From assembly GCA_020721205.1 (NCBI GenBank), contig DYNF01000010.1, forward strand, positions 1 to 54,865: a DNA stretch of 54,865 bases, written 5' to 3'. Made by a program: the position numbers and the translations under genes. Source of the stretch: Prochloron sp. SulCav_FS08_3_32_3330 (GTDB lineage: Bacteria > Cyanobacteriota > Cyanobacteriia > Cyanobacteriales > DYNF01). This document shows positions 1-9,168 of this stretch, piece by piece. The notes below the pieces were generated by a model, which saw only the letters and a list, made by a program, of their open reading frames with translations, was not told the DNA's origin and did no database searches. Within the stretch, counting starts at the first letter, position 1, and each line of letters starts with the position of its first letter.

Positions 1-20
1 TAATTTTTTTCTAAAAATAC

Positions 21-283
21 CGATCGCTTTTTGGAGAATGAAAACGCCCTGCTTTATAAGCAGAGCGTTTTCATTCTCGGGAGGCAAGGGGTTTCAACCC
101 CTTGCTACATAAACAAAACCTGCCTACGCAGGTTGAATTTTTTAATATTAGTTAATATTTAATCTCGAAACCCGGGTCGCCCGTGGTTTTGTTTGGGTAG
201 CAACGGGTTTTAACCCGTTGAAAAAAAAGAATGAAAACACCCTGCTTTATAAGCAGGGCGTTTTCATTCTCCAAAAAGCGATC
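21..283. mobile_element. MITE-like element bounded by ~55-bp terminal inverted repeats, each itself a hairpin, with an AT-rich interior carrying terminator-type hairpin modules
   Basis: Left end 21-77 (cgatcgctttttggagaatgaaaacgccctgctttataagcag...) is the reverse complement of the right end 225-283 (...ctgctttataagcagggcgttttcattctccaaaaagcgatc). Internal modules recur at 6915-7470 and 30575-30736. The window starts at 1, so the left flank may be truncated. Confidence 0.45.
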
Positions 284-400
284 ATTATAACCTTTTTGTA
301 ATCAATTTTTTTAGCTTGTTTTTGATATTAATTAATCAAAAATCATTAAATCTTAAAAAGTTGCCCACCTTACTTGTAAAAATCAAAAGTCGGGGATTTA

Positions 401-1171
401 TTAAATAATTAATTGTAAATCTTCATTAAAAAATTTACGATAAACTCCCGTAGTAATTAAAGAAGTCATAATTAAATTTGTTACTACAATCATAAATAAT
501 ATTAAAATTTGATAAGAAGCGGCTTCTAAAGGTTTAATACCTGCTAAAATTTGTCCTGTAAAAATACCCGGAAGACTAACTAAACCCATAACCATCATAT
601 TATTTAAAGTGGGGATTAAACTAACTCTAATTGCCTGTTTTCGATAATTTTTAATTGCCTGTAAAGGAGTAGCTCCTAAACTTAAATATGTTTCAATTTC
701 TAAACGATTATTTTTAATATTACTAGCTAATCTTTCCCCTGCTAAAGAAGCACTATTCATCGTATTTCCTAACACTAATCCTGTTAAAGAAATTAAATAT
801 TGAGGCTCATACCAAGTTTTAGGTTGAATAATTAAAATTAAAGTATAACTTAAAGTGAATAAAATACTGACAAAAATTGAGCCAAAAATAATCGGAAATA
901 ATCCTTTAATTTCTTTACTAATATTATTTTTTATTACCTGAGTAGCGATAGTTAACATCATAATTAAAATGATAACTACGGGTAAAGGTTGATTTATTTC
1001 AAAAATAAACTCTAAAATATATCCTATCATTAATAATTGTAAAATAGCTCTACCACTAGCAATAATTAATTGACTTTCTAATTCTAATTTTTGCCAAAAA
1101 GATAGGGTAAGAGAAACTCCTAACATTCCTAATAATAAAACTAAATCAATAATATCTAATTTTTCAATCAT
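401..1171 (-). CDS. ABC-type permease of the UPF0014/FetB (YbbM) iron-export family; polytopic membrane protein
   Basis: 256 aa with about 7 hydrophobic helices. Length and topology fit the FetB-like permease family. No cognate ATPase gene is adjacent; the upstream side is occupied by the tnpB element. Confidence 0.5.
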   Translation of the reverse strand: MIEKLDIIDLVLLLGMLGVSLTLSFWQKLELESQLIIASGRAILQLLMIGYILEFIFEINQPLPVVIILIMMLTIATQVIKNNISKEIKGLFPIIFGSIFVSILFTLSYTLILIIQPKTWYEPQYLISLTGLVLGNTMNSASLAGERLASNIKNNRLEIETYLSLGATPLQAIKNYRKQAIRVSLIPTLNNMMVMGLVSLPGIFTGQILAGIKPLEAASYQILILFMIVVTNLIMTSLITTGVYRKFFNEDLQLII

Positions 1172-1260
1172 AAAAAAAATTTAAAATGCAAAGTTAATCT
1201 GATTTGACTTCCTCACCGCCCTCCGTTTCACTCGCATGGCGGTGATTCCTACTAAAATAG
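1172..1260 (-). ncRNA. Candidate TnpB guide RNA (omegaRNA/reRNA) scaffold at the 3' end of tnpB / right end of the IS
   Basis: Minus strand just downstream of the tnpB stop carries a stem-loop caccgccatgcgagtgaaacggagggcggtg (7-bp GC stem). In IS200/IS605 elements the omegaRNA spans the tnpB 3' end and right end. This is inference only. Confidence 0.25.
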
Positions 1261-2472
1261 TGTTAATTGCTCAAATCTATTTTCTCGGTGGGTTGACGCT
1301 TCACGGGATGTTGCTACTTTAGAAGTAGTCTTACACGCTCCTCCACGTCCGTTTAATGTCTCCGAATGCCCTCCGGCGACTAAAATATTCACACTGGCAT
1401 TAACATCTCTATCGTGATTTGTACCGCAATTTAAACAAGTCCACTCCCTAATATTCAACTCTTTTTTACCACCTTTAAAGCCACAAACAGAGCAAGTTTG
1501 AGATGTGGGTGTCCATCTATCAATTACTCGAAAATCCCTCCCGTACATTAAGGATTTAGCTTCTAACATAGTTCGAAAACTACGCCAACCTAAATCACTA
1601 ATCGCACGGGATAATTTTCGATTTTTCATCATTCCTGAAACATTCAAATCCTCTAAAACAATTACTTGATTTTCGTTAATTATTTTAGTTGACAATTTAT
1701 GTAAAAAATCGCTTCTAGTATCAGAAATCTTAGCGTGAAGTTTAGCTAATTTCTTTCTAGCTACTTCCCTTCTATTACTACCTTTTTCTTTTCTTGATAG
1801 ATTTCTTTGTAACTTTCTTAAACGCTTTAATTGACGTTTTAAAGGTTTAGGAGATTTAACTTTTTCCCCATTACTTAAAGTAGCAAAATCCGTTATTCCT
1901 AAATCAATACCTACTGAGTTATTATTCTCAGGTAATTGTTCAGGAGTAAACTCCACTACAAAGCTAACAAAGTATCTATCAGCAGAATCTTTAATGATAG
2001 TAACACTAGAAGGAATAGCGGGTAATTCTCGACTCCAGATTACTTTTATATCGCCTATTTTAGCTAAGTAAATGTAATCAGAATTAGGACATATTTTAAA
2101 GCCATTATCTGTAAATCTAGCTGATTGTTTTGACTTTCTTTTTTTAAATTTAGGTGGTTTAACTTTCTTTCCTTTTCTCTTACCTTTACAGGAGTTAAAA
2201 AAGTTAGAATAACCTTGTTCTAAATCTCTTAAACTTTGTTGTAAAGGAATAGCAGAAACTTCTGTTAACCAGATAGTTTCCTCCTCTTTCTTGAGTAAAG
2301 TTAATCTTTTAGAAAGTTCAGTATTTTTAGGCTTTTTCTTATTTTCTTCATACTCTTTTTTACAATGAGCTAAAGTATCGTTCCAAACAAACCTACAACA
2401 ACCAAACAATTGAGACAAATGTCTTTTTTGTTGGTTAGTTGGGTAAGCTCTGTAACGATAGCGTAGTTTCAT
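1252..2472 (-). CDS. tnpB: IS200/IS605-family OrfB transposase / RNA-guided endonuclease TnpB (IS1341-like, no TnpA present)
   Basis: 406 aa with N-terminal MKLRYRYRAYPT...HLSQLFGCCRFVWN typical of OrfB_IS605. RuvC-I is IDLGITDF, RuvC-II is VIVLEDLNV, zinc finger is CSVCG...CLNCG and RuvC-III is HDRDVNASVNI. All catalytic residues are present. Confidence 0.85.
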   Translation of the reverse strand: MKLRYRYRAYPTNQQKRHLSQLFGCCRFVWNDTLAHCKKEYEENKKKPKNTELSKRLTLLKKEEETIWLTEVSAIPLQQSLRDLEQGYSNFFNSCKGKRKGKKVKPPKFKKRKSKQSARFTDNGFKICPNSDYIYLAKIGDIKVIWSRELPAIPSSVTIIKDSADRYFVSFVVEFTPEQLPENNNSVGIDLGITDFATLSNGEKVKSPKPLKRQLKRLRKLQRNLSRKEKGSNRREVARKKLAKLHAKISDTRSDFLHKLSTKIINENQVIVLEDLNVSGMMKNRKLSRAISDLGWRSFRTMLEAKSLMYGRDFRVIDRWTPTSQTCSVCGFKGGKKELNIREWTCLNCGTNHDRDVNASVNILVAGGHSETLNGRGGACKTTSKVATSREASTHRENRFEQLTLF

Positions 2473-2523
2473 TTGATTTAATTTGATTTTAGTGTTATAT
2501 TCTAATTATAGACTTTTATTTAG

Positions 2524-2679
2524 ATTATATCAAGATCAAAAAAGATTCAATTTAATGTTAATGAACGGGAGTATCTTATACTCAAAAAATATGCTGAGTA
2601 TCTCAATATCTCAATGGCAGAAGTGTTAAGGGATTATATTAAGTCACTAGAAAGCCGTCCTAGAAGGACGGGGTTTTAA
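2524..2679 (+). pseudogene. Remnant of a ribbon-helix-helix (CopG/ParD-like) antitoxin-type gene lacking a start codon, probably truncated by the IS insertion
   Basis: Open frame ...NVNEREYLILKKYAEYLNISMAEVLRDYIKSLESRPRRTGF stop has an RHH-like pattern (beta-strand then helix). There is no ATG/GTG/TTG before the internal Met at 2614. It abuts the IS left end. Confidence 0.3.
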
Positions 2680-2780
2680 ACCCATTCTTTCTGATATAAT
2701 TATCTCATAGCATTAATAAAAAGACAAGATGAAATATAAGATAAAAAAGTGATAACGGATACATTAAATAATATTTTACT

Positions 2781-5537
2781 ATGAAAATCAAACCTAATTT
2801 ATTAAATTTTATTCCTAAACTTCCTTTAAGAATTGTTTTTACTGTTCCTTTTGTATTACAAATTATTGTAATAGTGGGTTTAGTAGGTTATTTTTCCTTT
2901 AAAAATGGACAAAAAGCTGTTAATAATTTAGCGAATCAATTAATATTACAAACAGCAAAATCAATTGAAAATGAAGTTACCTGTTTTCTACAAAAACCTC
3001 CCGAAATTACCCAAAATCATCAAAATTTAATTAATAACAATATTTTAAATCTTAATAATTTAGATCAATGGATATTTTATTTAGTTGATGAGGCTAAACT
3101 TTATCAATCTAGTTATATTAATTCTATTAAAATTGCTAATAATCAAGATGAATTTCTTGGGGCAGGTTTTACTTATATTAATAACGAAAAAAGATCAGGA
3201 ATCTCTATTTCCGGGGCAAAAACTAATTATCAATGGCAAGGTTATGAGAATATTAAAAGAGGACAACCTTTACAAAAACCTAGTATAATTAACCCTAATT
3301 TTTATGCGACTAAACGCCTTTGGTATCAAGAGGCTATTCAGCAAAAAAAAGCCAGATGGATTGATATTTCCACCGCCAAAAGTGATAAAACTCAGTTAAC
3401 TTTAAATTTTAGTCAACCTCTTTATAATCAAAATCGAAGTCAAATTTTAGGAGTTTCATCTGTGCAAATTAATTTAGTTAATCTTAATTATTTATTAGCT
3501 AGATTAAATATTCACAAAAAATTAGGACAAATTTTGATTATTGAAAAAGATAGTAATTTAGTCGCAACTTCTACTTTAGAAAACCCTTTTAATCCTCTGG
3601 ATCAAAAAAATCCTAGATTATCAGCTTTAAATAGTAATAATTCCTTAAGTAGGGATATTGCTAATTATTTAAAATCCTATAATCAAGATTTTTCTTCTTT
3701 TAATAATAAACCGACTATTAAGTTAAAATTTAATCAAGAAAACTATTTTTTAACTATATTTAAAGTAGAAGATCCTTATGGTTTAGAATGGTATATTGTA
3801 ATTACTGTGCCTGAATCCCATTTTATGGAGGAAATTAATGATAATACTCAAAAAACTGTTCTCTTTTCAATTTTAGCTTTAATTATTGCGATTATTCTTG
3901 GCATTTTTACCAGTAATTGGATCACAAAACCTATTTTAATACTTACTCAATCTGCTCAATTTTTTGCTCAAGGAAAATGGCAAGAAAGAGTTAATTTAAA
4001 AAGAAAAGATGAACTAGGTCAACTCGCAAATTCTTTTAATTTTATGGCTCAAGAATTACAAGGTTATGTGGAAAATTTGGAACATAAAGTACAAGAAAGA
4101 ACCGCAGAATTGGCGATCGCAAAGGAAAAAGCAGAAGTAGCAAATCAAGCAAAAAGTTTTTTTATTGCGAATATGAGTCATGAGTTAAGAACTCCTTTAA
4201 ATGCGATTTTAGGATTTTCTCAAATTATGATCAAATCAAAATTATTATCTCAAGAATATCAAGAAAATCTAAATATTATTTATCAAAGTGGAGATTATTT
4301 ATTAACTTTAATTAATAATATTTTAGACTTTTCTAAAATTGAAGCTGAAAAAATGGTTTTAAATTGCCAAGATTTTGATCTTTATTGTTTATTAAATGAA
4401 GTGAAAAATTTATTAAGTTTAAAAGCAGAAACTAAGGGTTTAAATTTAATTTTTGATATAGATCAGAATGTGCCTCAATATATTTCTACTGATCAAACAA
4501 AATTGCGTCAAGTGTTAATTAATTTAATTAATAATGGGATTAAATTTACCGAAAATGGCAGTATTTCTGTCACCGTTAATCGTCAATTAAATGATAAATT
4601 AAATGGAGATAATTTAGCTCTCAAAATAACAGTAGAAGATACGGGAGCGGGTATTTCTAAGGAAGAATTAAAGCAATTATTTCAAGCATTTAGTCAAACT
4701 GAAACAGGAAAAAATAGTAATGAAGGAACAGGTTTAGGATTGGCGATTAGTCAAAAATTTATTAATTTAATGGGGGGCAATATTGAGGTTAAAAGTAAAG
4801 TAGGAAAAGGCTCTATTTTTAGTTTTCAAATTAAAGTTAGAAAAGCTAATCAACCTAATATAAATAATCAAAAAATAAAACTTAATGTTATTGCGTTAAA
4901 ACCCCATCAACCTGAATATAAAATATTAATTGCTGATGATCAAGAAATTAATCGGTTATTATTAATTAAATTATTACAACCTTTAGGATTTAAACTAAAA
5001 GAAGCGAAAAATGGTAAAGAAGTTATCAAAATCTGGGATGAATGGCAACCTCATTTAATCTGGTTAGATCTGCGAATGCCGATCATGAATGGTTATGAAG
5101 CTACTCAATATATTAAGGGTACAATGAAAGGTAATGCTACGGCAATTATTGCTTTAACTGCTAGTGTTTTAGAGGAAGAAAAACAGATCATTTTATCCGC
5201 AGGATGTGATGATTTTATCAGAAAACCTTTTCAAGAATCGGTAATTTTTGAAACTATGGCGAAACATTTAGGAGTAGAATATATTTATGAAGAAAATGCA
5301 CCCGATCAAGATATAATAAAATCAGAATATAAGCTTAATTGTGAAAGTTTAAAAGTTATGTCTCAAGACTGGATCTCAAAATTAAATCAAGCATCCATGA
5401 GTTTAGATGATGAAATAATTTTAAATTTAATTCAAGAAATTCCTCCCGAATATCATTTATTAGGGGAAGCTTTAACGGATTTAGTTAATGATTTTCGTTT
5501 TGATAAAATTAGAATTTTAACGGAGAATATAGAATAA
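2781..5537 (+). CDS. Hybrid sensor histidine kinase: N-terminal TM + dCache-like periplasmic sensor, second TM, HAMP, HisKA (H-box SHELRTPLN), HATPase_c, C-terminal receiver domain
   Basis: 918 aa. H-box [17 protein letters not shown] and N/G1/G2 boxes ([25 protein letters not shown]). C-terminal REC carries ILIADDQ...D and the conserved K. Confidence 0.85.
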   Translation: MKIKPNLLNFIPKLPLRIVFTVPFVLQIIVIVGLVGYFSFKNGQKAVNNLANQLILQTAKSIENEVTCFLQKPPEITQNHQNLINNNILNLNNLDQWIFYLVDEAKLYQSSYINSIKIANNQDEFLGAGFTYINNEKRSGISISGAKTNYQWQGYENIKRGQPLQKPSIINPNFYATKRLWYQEAIQQKKARWIDISTAKSDKTQLTLNFSQPLYNQNRSQILGVSSVQINLVNLNYLLARLNIHKKLGQILIIEKDSNLVATSTLENPFNPLDQKNPRLSALNSNNSLSRDIANYLKSYNQDFSSFNNKPTIKLKFNQENYFLTIFKVEDPYGLEWYIVITVPESHFMEEINDNTQKTVLFSILALIIAIILGIFTSNWITKPILILTQSAQFFAQGKWQERVNLKRKDELGQLANSFNFMAQELQGYVENLEHKVQERTAELAIAKEKAEVANQAKSFFIANMSHELRTPLNAILGFSQIMIKSKLLSQEYQENLNIIYQSGDYLLTLINNILDFSKIEAEKMVLNCQDFDLYCLLNEVKNLLSLKAETKGLNLIFDIDQNVPQYISTDQTKLRQVLINLINNGIKFTENGSISVTVNRQLNDKLNGDNLALKITVEDTGAGISKEELKQLFQAFSQTETGKNSNEGTGLGLAISQKFINLMGGNIEVKSKVGKGSIFSFQIKVRKANQPNINNQKIKLNVIALKPHQPEYKILIADDQEINRLLLIKLLQPLGFKLKEAKNGKEVIKIWDEWQPHLIWLDLRMPIMNGYEATQYIKGTMKGNATAIIALTASVLEEEKQIILSAGCDDFIRKPFQESVIFETMAKHLGVEYIYEENAPDQDIIKSEYKLNCESLKVMSQDWISKLNQASMSLDDEIILNLIQEIPPEYHLLGEALTDLVNDFRFDKIRILTENIE

Positions 5538-5539
5538 TT

Positions 5540-6910
5540 ATGAATAAACAAGATCAAGAAATCAAATCGGCAAATATTTTAATTGTAGATGATCAAATTG
5601 CTAACTTAAAAGTGCTTAATCAAATGTTACAAAATAAAGGTTATAAAGTGAGAAAAGCGATTAATGGAGAAATTGCTTTAATTGCGATCAAACAAGAATT
5701 TCCTGATTTAATTTTATTGGATATTATGATGCCAGAAATGGATGGTTATGAATTATGTAGAAGGTTAAAAAATAGTCCAAAAACTCAGGAGATTCCTGTT
5801 ATTTTTATTAGTGCTTTAAATGAAGTTTTTGATAAAATTAAAGCTTTTGAAATCGGAGGAATTGACTATATAACTAAACCTTTTCAAGAAGGGGAAGTTT
5901 TAGCAAGAATTAATCATCAATTAATCATTAAACAGCAAAAAGAATTATTAGAAAAAAAACAGCAAAAATTACTATTAGAAATTAAACATAGAACAGAAAC
6001 TGAAGCTATATTATATCAGTCAAGGGCAATTATTTCTGGTATTTTAAATAGTTCTCTTGATGGGATTGCGGCTTTAGAGGCTGTAAGAGAGGCAAAAACA
6101 GGACTTATTCAAGATTTTCGTTGTTTAGTTGTTAATCCAATTTTAGCACAATTTTTTAATTTAGATGCTGATGATCTTAGTGGTAAAATAATTTTTAGAC
6201 GCTTTATCAACAAAATAAATCATGATTTATTTTCTTTATTTATTAATGTTATTGAAACAGGGGAAGCATTAAAACAAGAATTTAATTATTTTCAGGGGGA
6301 AAAATCCTTATGGTATGAGGTTTTTGCTGTTAAATTAGGTGATGGTTTTGCGATAACAGTTAGAGATATTACAAAACGGAAAAATTTGGAGTTAAAATTA
6401 GATATTCTTGCTAGTACAGACAGCTTAACAGGAGTCGCAAATCGTCGCACATTTGATCATATTTTAGATCAAGAATGGAAACGTAGTTATCGAGAAAAAT
6501 ATCCTTTATCTTTAATATTAGCTGATATTGATTATTTTAAATTATATAATGATTATTATGGACATCAAAAAGGAGATGATTGTTTAATAAAAGTTGCCCA
6601 AACTATTAGGAATAGTTTACAACGTCCTGCGGATTTAGTTGCCCGTTATGGGGGAGAAGAATTTGTAATTATTTTACCGAATACTGATTTAGAAGGAGGG
6701 TTAAATGTGGCTGAAAATATTAGAAATAATCTGGAACAAATGAAGTTAGATCATGTTAAATCAAAAGTGCATAATTATGTTACTTTAAGTTTAGGTATTG
6801 CTAGTATAATTCCCACTCAAGAATTATCAATTTATCATTTAATTAAAATAGTAGATCAAGCTTTATATAAAGCTAAACAAAATGGCAGAAATCAAGTTAG
6901 TTTTAATTAA
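5540..6910 (+). CDS. Response regulator with REC-PAS-GGDEF architecture (diguanylate cyclase)
   Basis: 456 aa with ILIVDDQ...LLDIMMPEMDG (receiver). GGDEF core is RYGGEEF and the I-site-like motif is RxxD. Its start lies 3 bp after the kinase stop, so it forms an operon with 2781-5537. Confidence 0.85.
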   Translation: MNKQDQEIKSANILIVDDQIANLKVLNQMLQNKGYKVRKAINGEIALIAIKQEFPDLILLDIMMPEMDGYELCRRLKNSPKTQEIPVIFISALNEVFDKIKAFEIGGIDYITKPFQEGEVLARINHQLIIKQQKELLEKKQQKLLLEIKHRTETEAILYQSRAIISGILNSSLDGIAALEAVREAKTGLIQDFRCLVVNPILAQFFNLDADDLSGKIIFRRFINKINHDLFSLFINVIETGEALKQEFNYFQGEKSLWYEVFAVKLGDGFAITVRDITKRKNLELKLDILASTDSLTGVANRRTFDHILDQEWKRSYREKYPLSLILADIDYFKLYNDYYGHQKGDDCLIKVAQTIRNSLQRPADLVARYGGEEFVIILPNTDLEGGLNVAENIRNNLEQMKLDHVKSKVHNYVTLSLGIASIIPTQELSIYHLIKIVDQALYKAKQNGRNQVSFN

Positions 6911-6914
6911 GAAA

Positions 6915-7470
6915 AAGCAACAGCAACAGGTTGAAACCTGTTGGGGAAAAAAGGAGGGCGTTTTCATTTTCCTGAATGCAACGGGTTGAAACCCGTTGCT
7001 ACATAAGCAAAACCTGCTTACGCAGGTTGAATTTTTTTAATATTAGTTAATATTTAATCTTAAAACTCGTAAAGACGGGTTTTGTTTGGGTAGCAACAGG
7101 TTTTAACCTGTTGAAAAAAAAGAATGAAAACGCCCTGACTTTAATCTTAAAACCCGTAAAGACGGGTTTTGTTTGGGTAGCAACGGGTTTTAACCCGTTG
7201 AAAAAAAAAGAATGAAAACGCCCTGACTTTAATCTTAAAACCCGTAAAGACGGGTTTTGTTTGGGTAGCAACAGGTTTTAACCCGTTGAAAAAAAAGAAT
7301 GAAAACGCCCTGACAGGTAAGATGCCTGTTTCACGGTTGAATTTTTTTAATATTAGTTAATATTTAATCTTAAAACCCGTAAAGACGGGTTTTGTTTGGG
7401 TAGCAACGGGTTTTAACCCGTTGAAAAAAAAGAATGAAAACGCCCCGGGAAAAAAAGGAGGCTTTTTTAT
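6915..7470. repeat. Tandem/shuffled array of hairpin repeat modules from the same family as the MITE at 21-283 and the element at 30575-30736
   Basis: Repeated units of about 88 bp: cttaaaacccgtaaagacgggttttgtttgggtagcaacgggttttaacccgttgaaaaaaaagaatgaaaacgccctgactttaat occurs 4 times. Two copies of the dual-hairpin + T-tract module ...tacataagcaaaacctgcttacgcaggttgaatttttttaatattagttaatatttaatc are also present. It lies between the convergent GGDEF and map genes. Confidence 0.8.
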
Positions 7471-7476
7471 TATTTA

Positions 7477-8352
7477 TTAAATTTGATTAGGATCTGTAAG
7501 AATTTCATAACCATTTTTGGTTACTAAAACCGTATGTTCAAACTGTGCTGATAAAGATTTATCCATTGTCACTACAGTCCAGCGATCTCGCAGAGTACGA
7601 GTGTGTTTTGACCCCATATTAATGATAGGTTCAATCGCTAAAGTCATCCCCGGTTTTAATTTTACATTCGGTATTTCTCTAGTACGATAATTAAAAACTG
7701 GAGGTTCTTCATGTAAATTTCTCCCCACACCATGACCTGTATAATTTTCCACAATTGTATATTTGTGAGGCTTAACGTAGTCCTCGATCGCCCCGGCAAT
7801 ATCCGTTAAAAAATTCCCGGGTTTTACCTGTTCAATCCCCTTATATAAAGCCTCCTCCGCTACTTTTACCAATCTCTGAGCTTTCTGAGTTATCAGACCC
7901 ACCCCCACAGTAATACAAGCGTCGCCATGAAAACCATTATAATAAGCCCCCGTATCCACTTTAACCAGATCACCTTGACGGATCACCTTTTTGCGATTAG
8001 GAATACCATGGACCACCTCATTATTAACAGAAATACAGATAGAAGAAGGGAAACCATGATAACCTTTAAAACTTGGTTTAGCATTCATTTCTAAGATGCG
8101 TTTTTCCACATATTGATCCACATCAGCAGTAGTCATTCCCGCTTCAATAAATTCAGAAACTTCCTTTAAAACTGTAGCCACAATTTTGCCAGAAACGCGC
8201 ATAATTTCGATTTCTGGAGGAGTTTTAAGAGAAATACCCTTTTTCGCACGAGGGGACGCATATTTTTCTTGTTTCTGATGTTTATGCTTATTATTTTCCT
8301 GTACTTTAACAGGAGTTTCTTCCCCGAATAAAAGTCTTTTTAATAATCTCAA
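7477..8352 (-). CDS. map: Methionine aminopeptidase type I with a basic N-terminal extension
   Basis: 291 aa. MetAP metal-ligand context is present (DxxD...H...E...E with [20 protein letters not shown]). Confidence 0.85.
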   Translation of the reverse strand: MRLLKRLLFGEETPVKVQENNKHKHQKQEKYASPRAKKGISLKTPPEIEIMRVSGKIVATVLKEVSEFIEAGMTTADVDQYVEKRILEMNAKPSFKGYHGFPSSICISVNNEVVHGIPNRKKVIRQGDLVKVDTGAYYNGFHGDACITVGVGLITQKAQRLVKVAEEALYKGIEQVKPGNFLTDIAGAIEDYVKPHKYTIVENYTGHGVGRNLHEEPPVFNYRTREIPNVKLKPGMTLAIEPIINMGSKHTRTLRDRWTVVTMDKSLSAQFEHTVLVTKNGYEILTDPNQI

Positions 8353-8433
8353 TTTTCCCTAACCTCAAATAAATTAAATTTTAGAATTAGTAACATTTTA
8401 TAACAAAAGGGTAAAATAAACTTCAATAAATAT

Positions 8434-8886
8434 TTATTCCCCAGCAATTATTAAAGCCTCCTGTTTCAAATTATAACTAAGGTAAAAACCATTATTTTCT
8501 AAATCATCTAATAAAGGTTTAATTTGATCAATAATTCCTTTTTGTTTAGCTTGAATTAAAATTCCTATTGTACCAATAAAAGTAACCTTCATTTTTTTTG
8601 CTACTTTACGAGCTTGTTGATCATCTAAAATAACTTTAATCTTTGTCTCATAAGCAAGGGTGATCGCTTCCGCCTCACCATCATCAACTAACATTTTTAA
8701 AGATAAGGTTAATCCTTGATCAGAAATGGACTTAATTTTTAACCAAGATAAACTAATCCCAAACTCCTTAGCGACTTCAGGAGGAATAAAAATTGAATCA
8801 AATAGTTGAGGTAAAATATCTAATTGACCAATTCTTTCTAAACCTATTAAACAGGTACTATCTGCAATAATAATTTGATTATTCAT
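8434..8886 (-). CDS. DUF3368 (PIN-like) domain protein, toxin-like partner of a UPF0175 gene
   Basis: 150 aa with N-terminal IIADSTCLIGLERIGQLDIL typical of DUF3368. It overlaps the upstream UPF0175 gene by 4 bp (ATGA). Confidence 0.6.
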   Translation of the reverse strand: MNNQIIIADSTCLIGLERIGQLDILPQLFDSIFIPPEVAKEFGISLSWLKIKSISDQGLTLSLKMLVDDGEAEAITLAYETKIKVILDDQQARKVAKKMKVTFIGTIGILIQAKQKGIIDQIKPLLDDLENNGFYLSYNLKQEALIIAGE

Positions 8887-9107
8887 AAACCCAATTCTTC
8901 TCGTAATTCTTCAGGGGAATAGTTAAAGATAGGAACTTTATATTTTCCCAAAATTTCTATAAATGTTGCTTTAGATAATCCAGCAATTTTAGAAGCTTGT
9001 CCTAAAGTTACTTTGTTTAATTCATACATTTTTATTGCTAATAATAGCTTAATTTCATTTTCAGAAATTTGATTAGGTAAATTGAGATTGATGATTTGAG
9101 TATTCAT
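8883..9107 (-). CDS. UPF0175-family small protein (antitoxin-like partner of DUF3368)
   Basis: 74 aa. This conserved two-gene arrangement is common in cyanobacteria. Confidence 0.6.
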   Translation of the reverse strand: MNTQIINLNLPNQISENEIKLLLAIKMYELNKVTLGQASKIAGLSKATFIEILGKYKVPIFNYSPEELREELGL

Positions 9108-9168
9108 AATGTAATAACAGGATTAATTATTATTTAATAATATAACATTTTTTATTTAAAATTGATCA

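Larger units (their letters stand above)
1172..2550 (-). mobile_element. Solo-tnpB IS element (IS200/IS605 family). Boundaries are approximate.
   Basis: tnpB plus flanking AT-rich ends. No Y1 or serine TnpA ORF is present. The element sits between a fetB-like permease and a truncated RHH gene remnant. Confidence 0.45.

Noticed and set aside
3085-3288. 67-aa ORF in alternate frame
   Set aside because: It is fully embedded in the histidine kinase gene on the same strand and has AT-rich low-complexity composition.
7047-7271. Track ORF of 74 aa (-)
   Set aside because: It lies inside the ~88-bp tandem hairpin-repeat array. Its repetitive translation is an artefact of repeated DNA.
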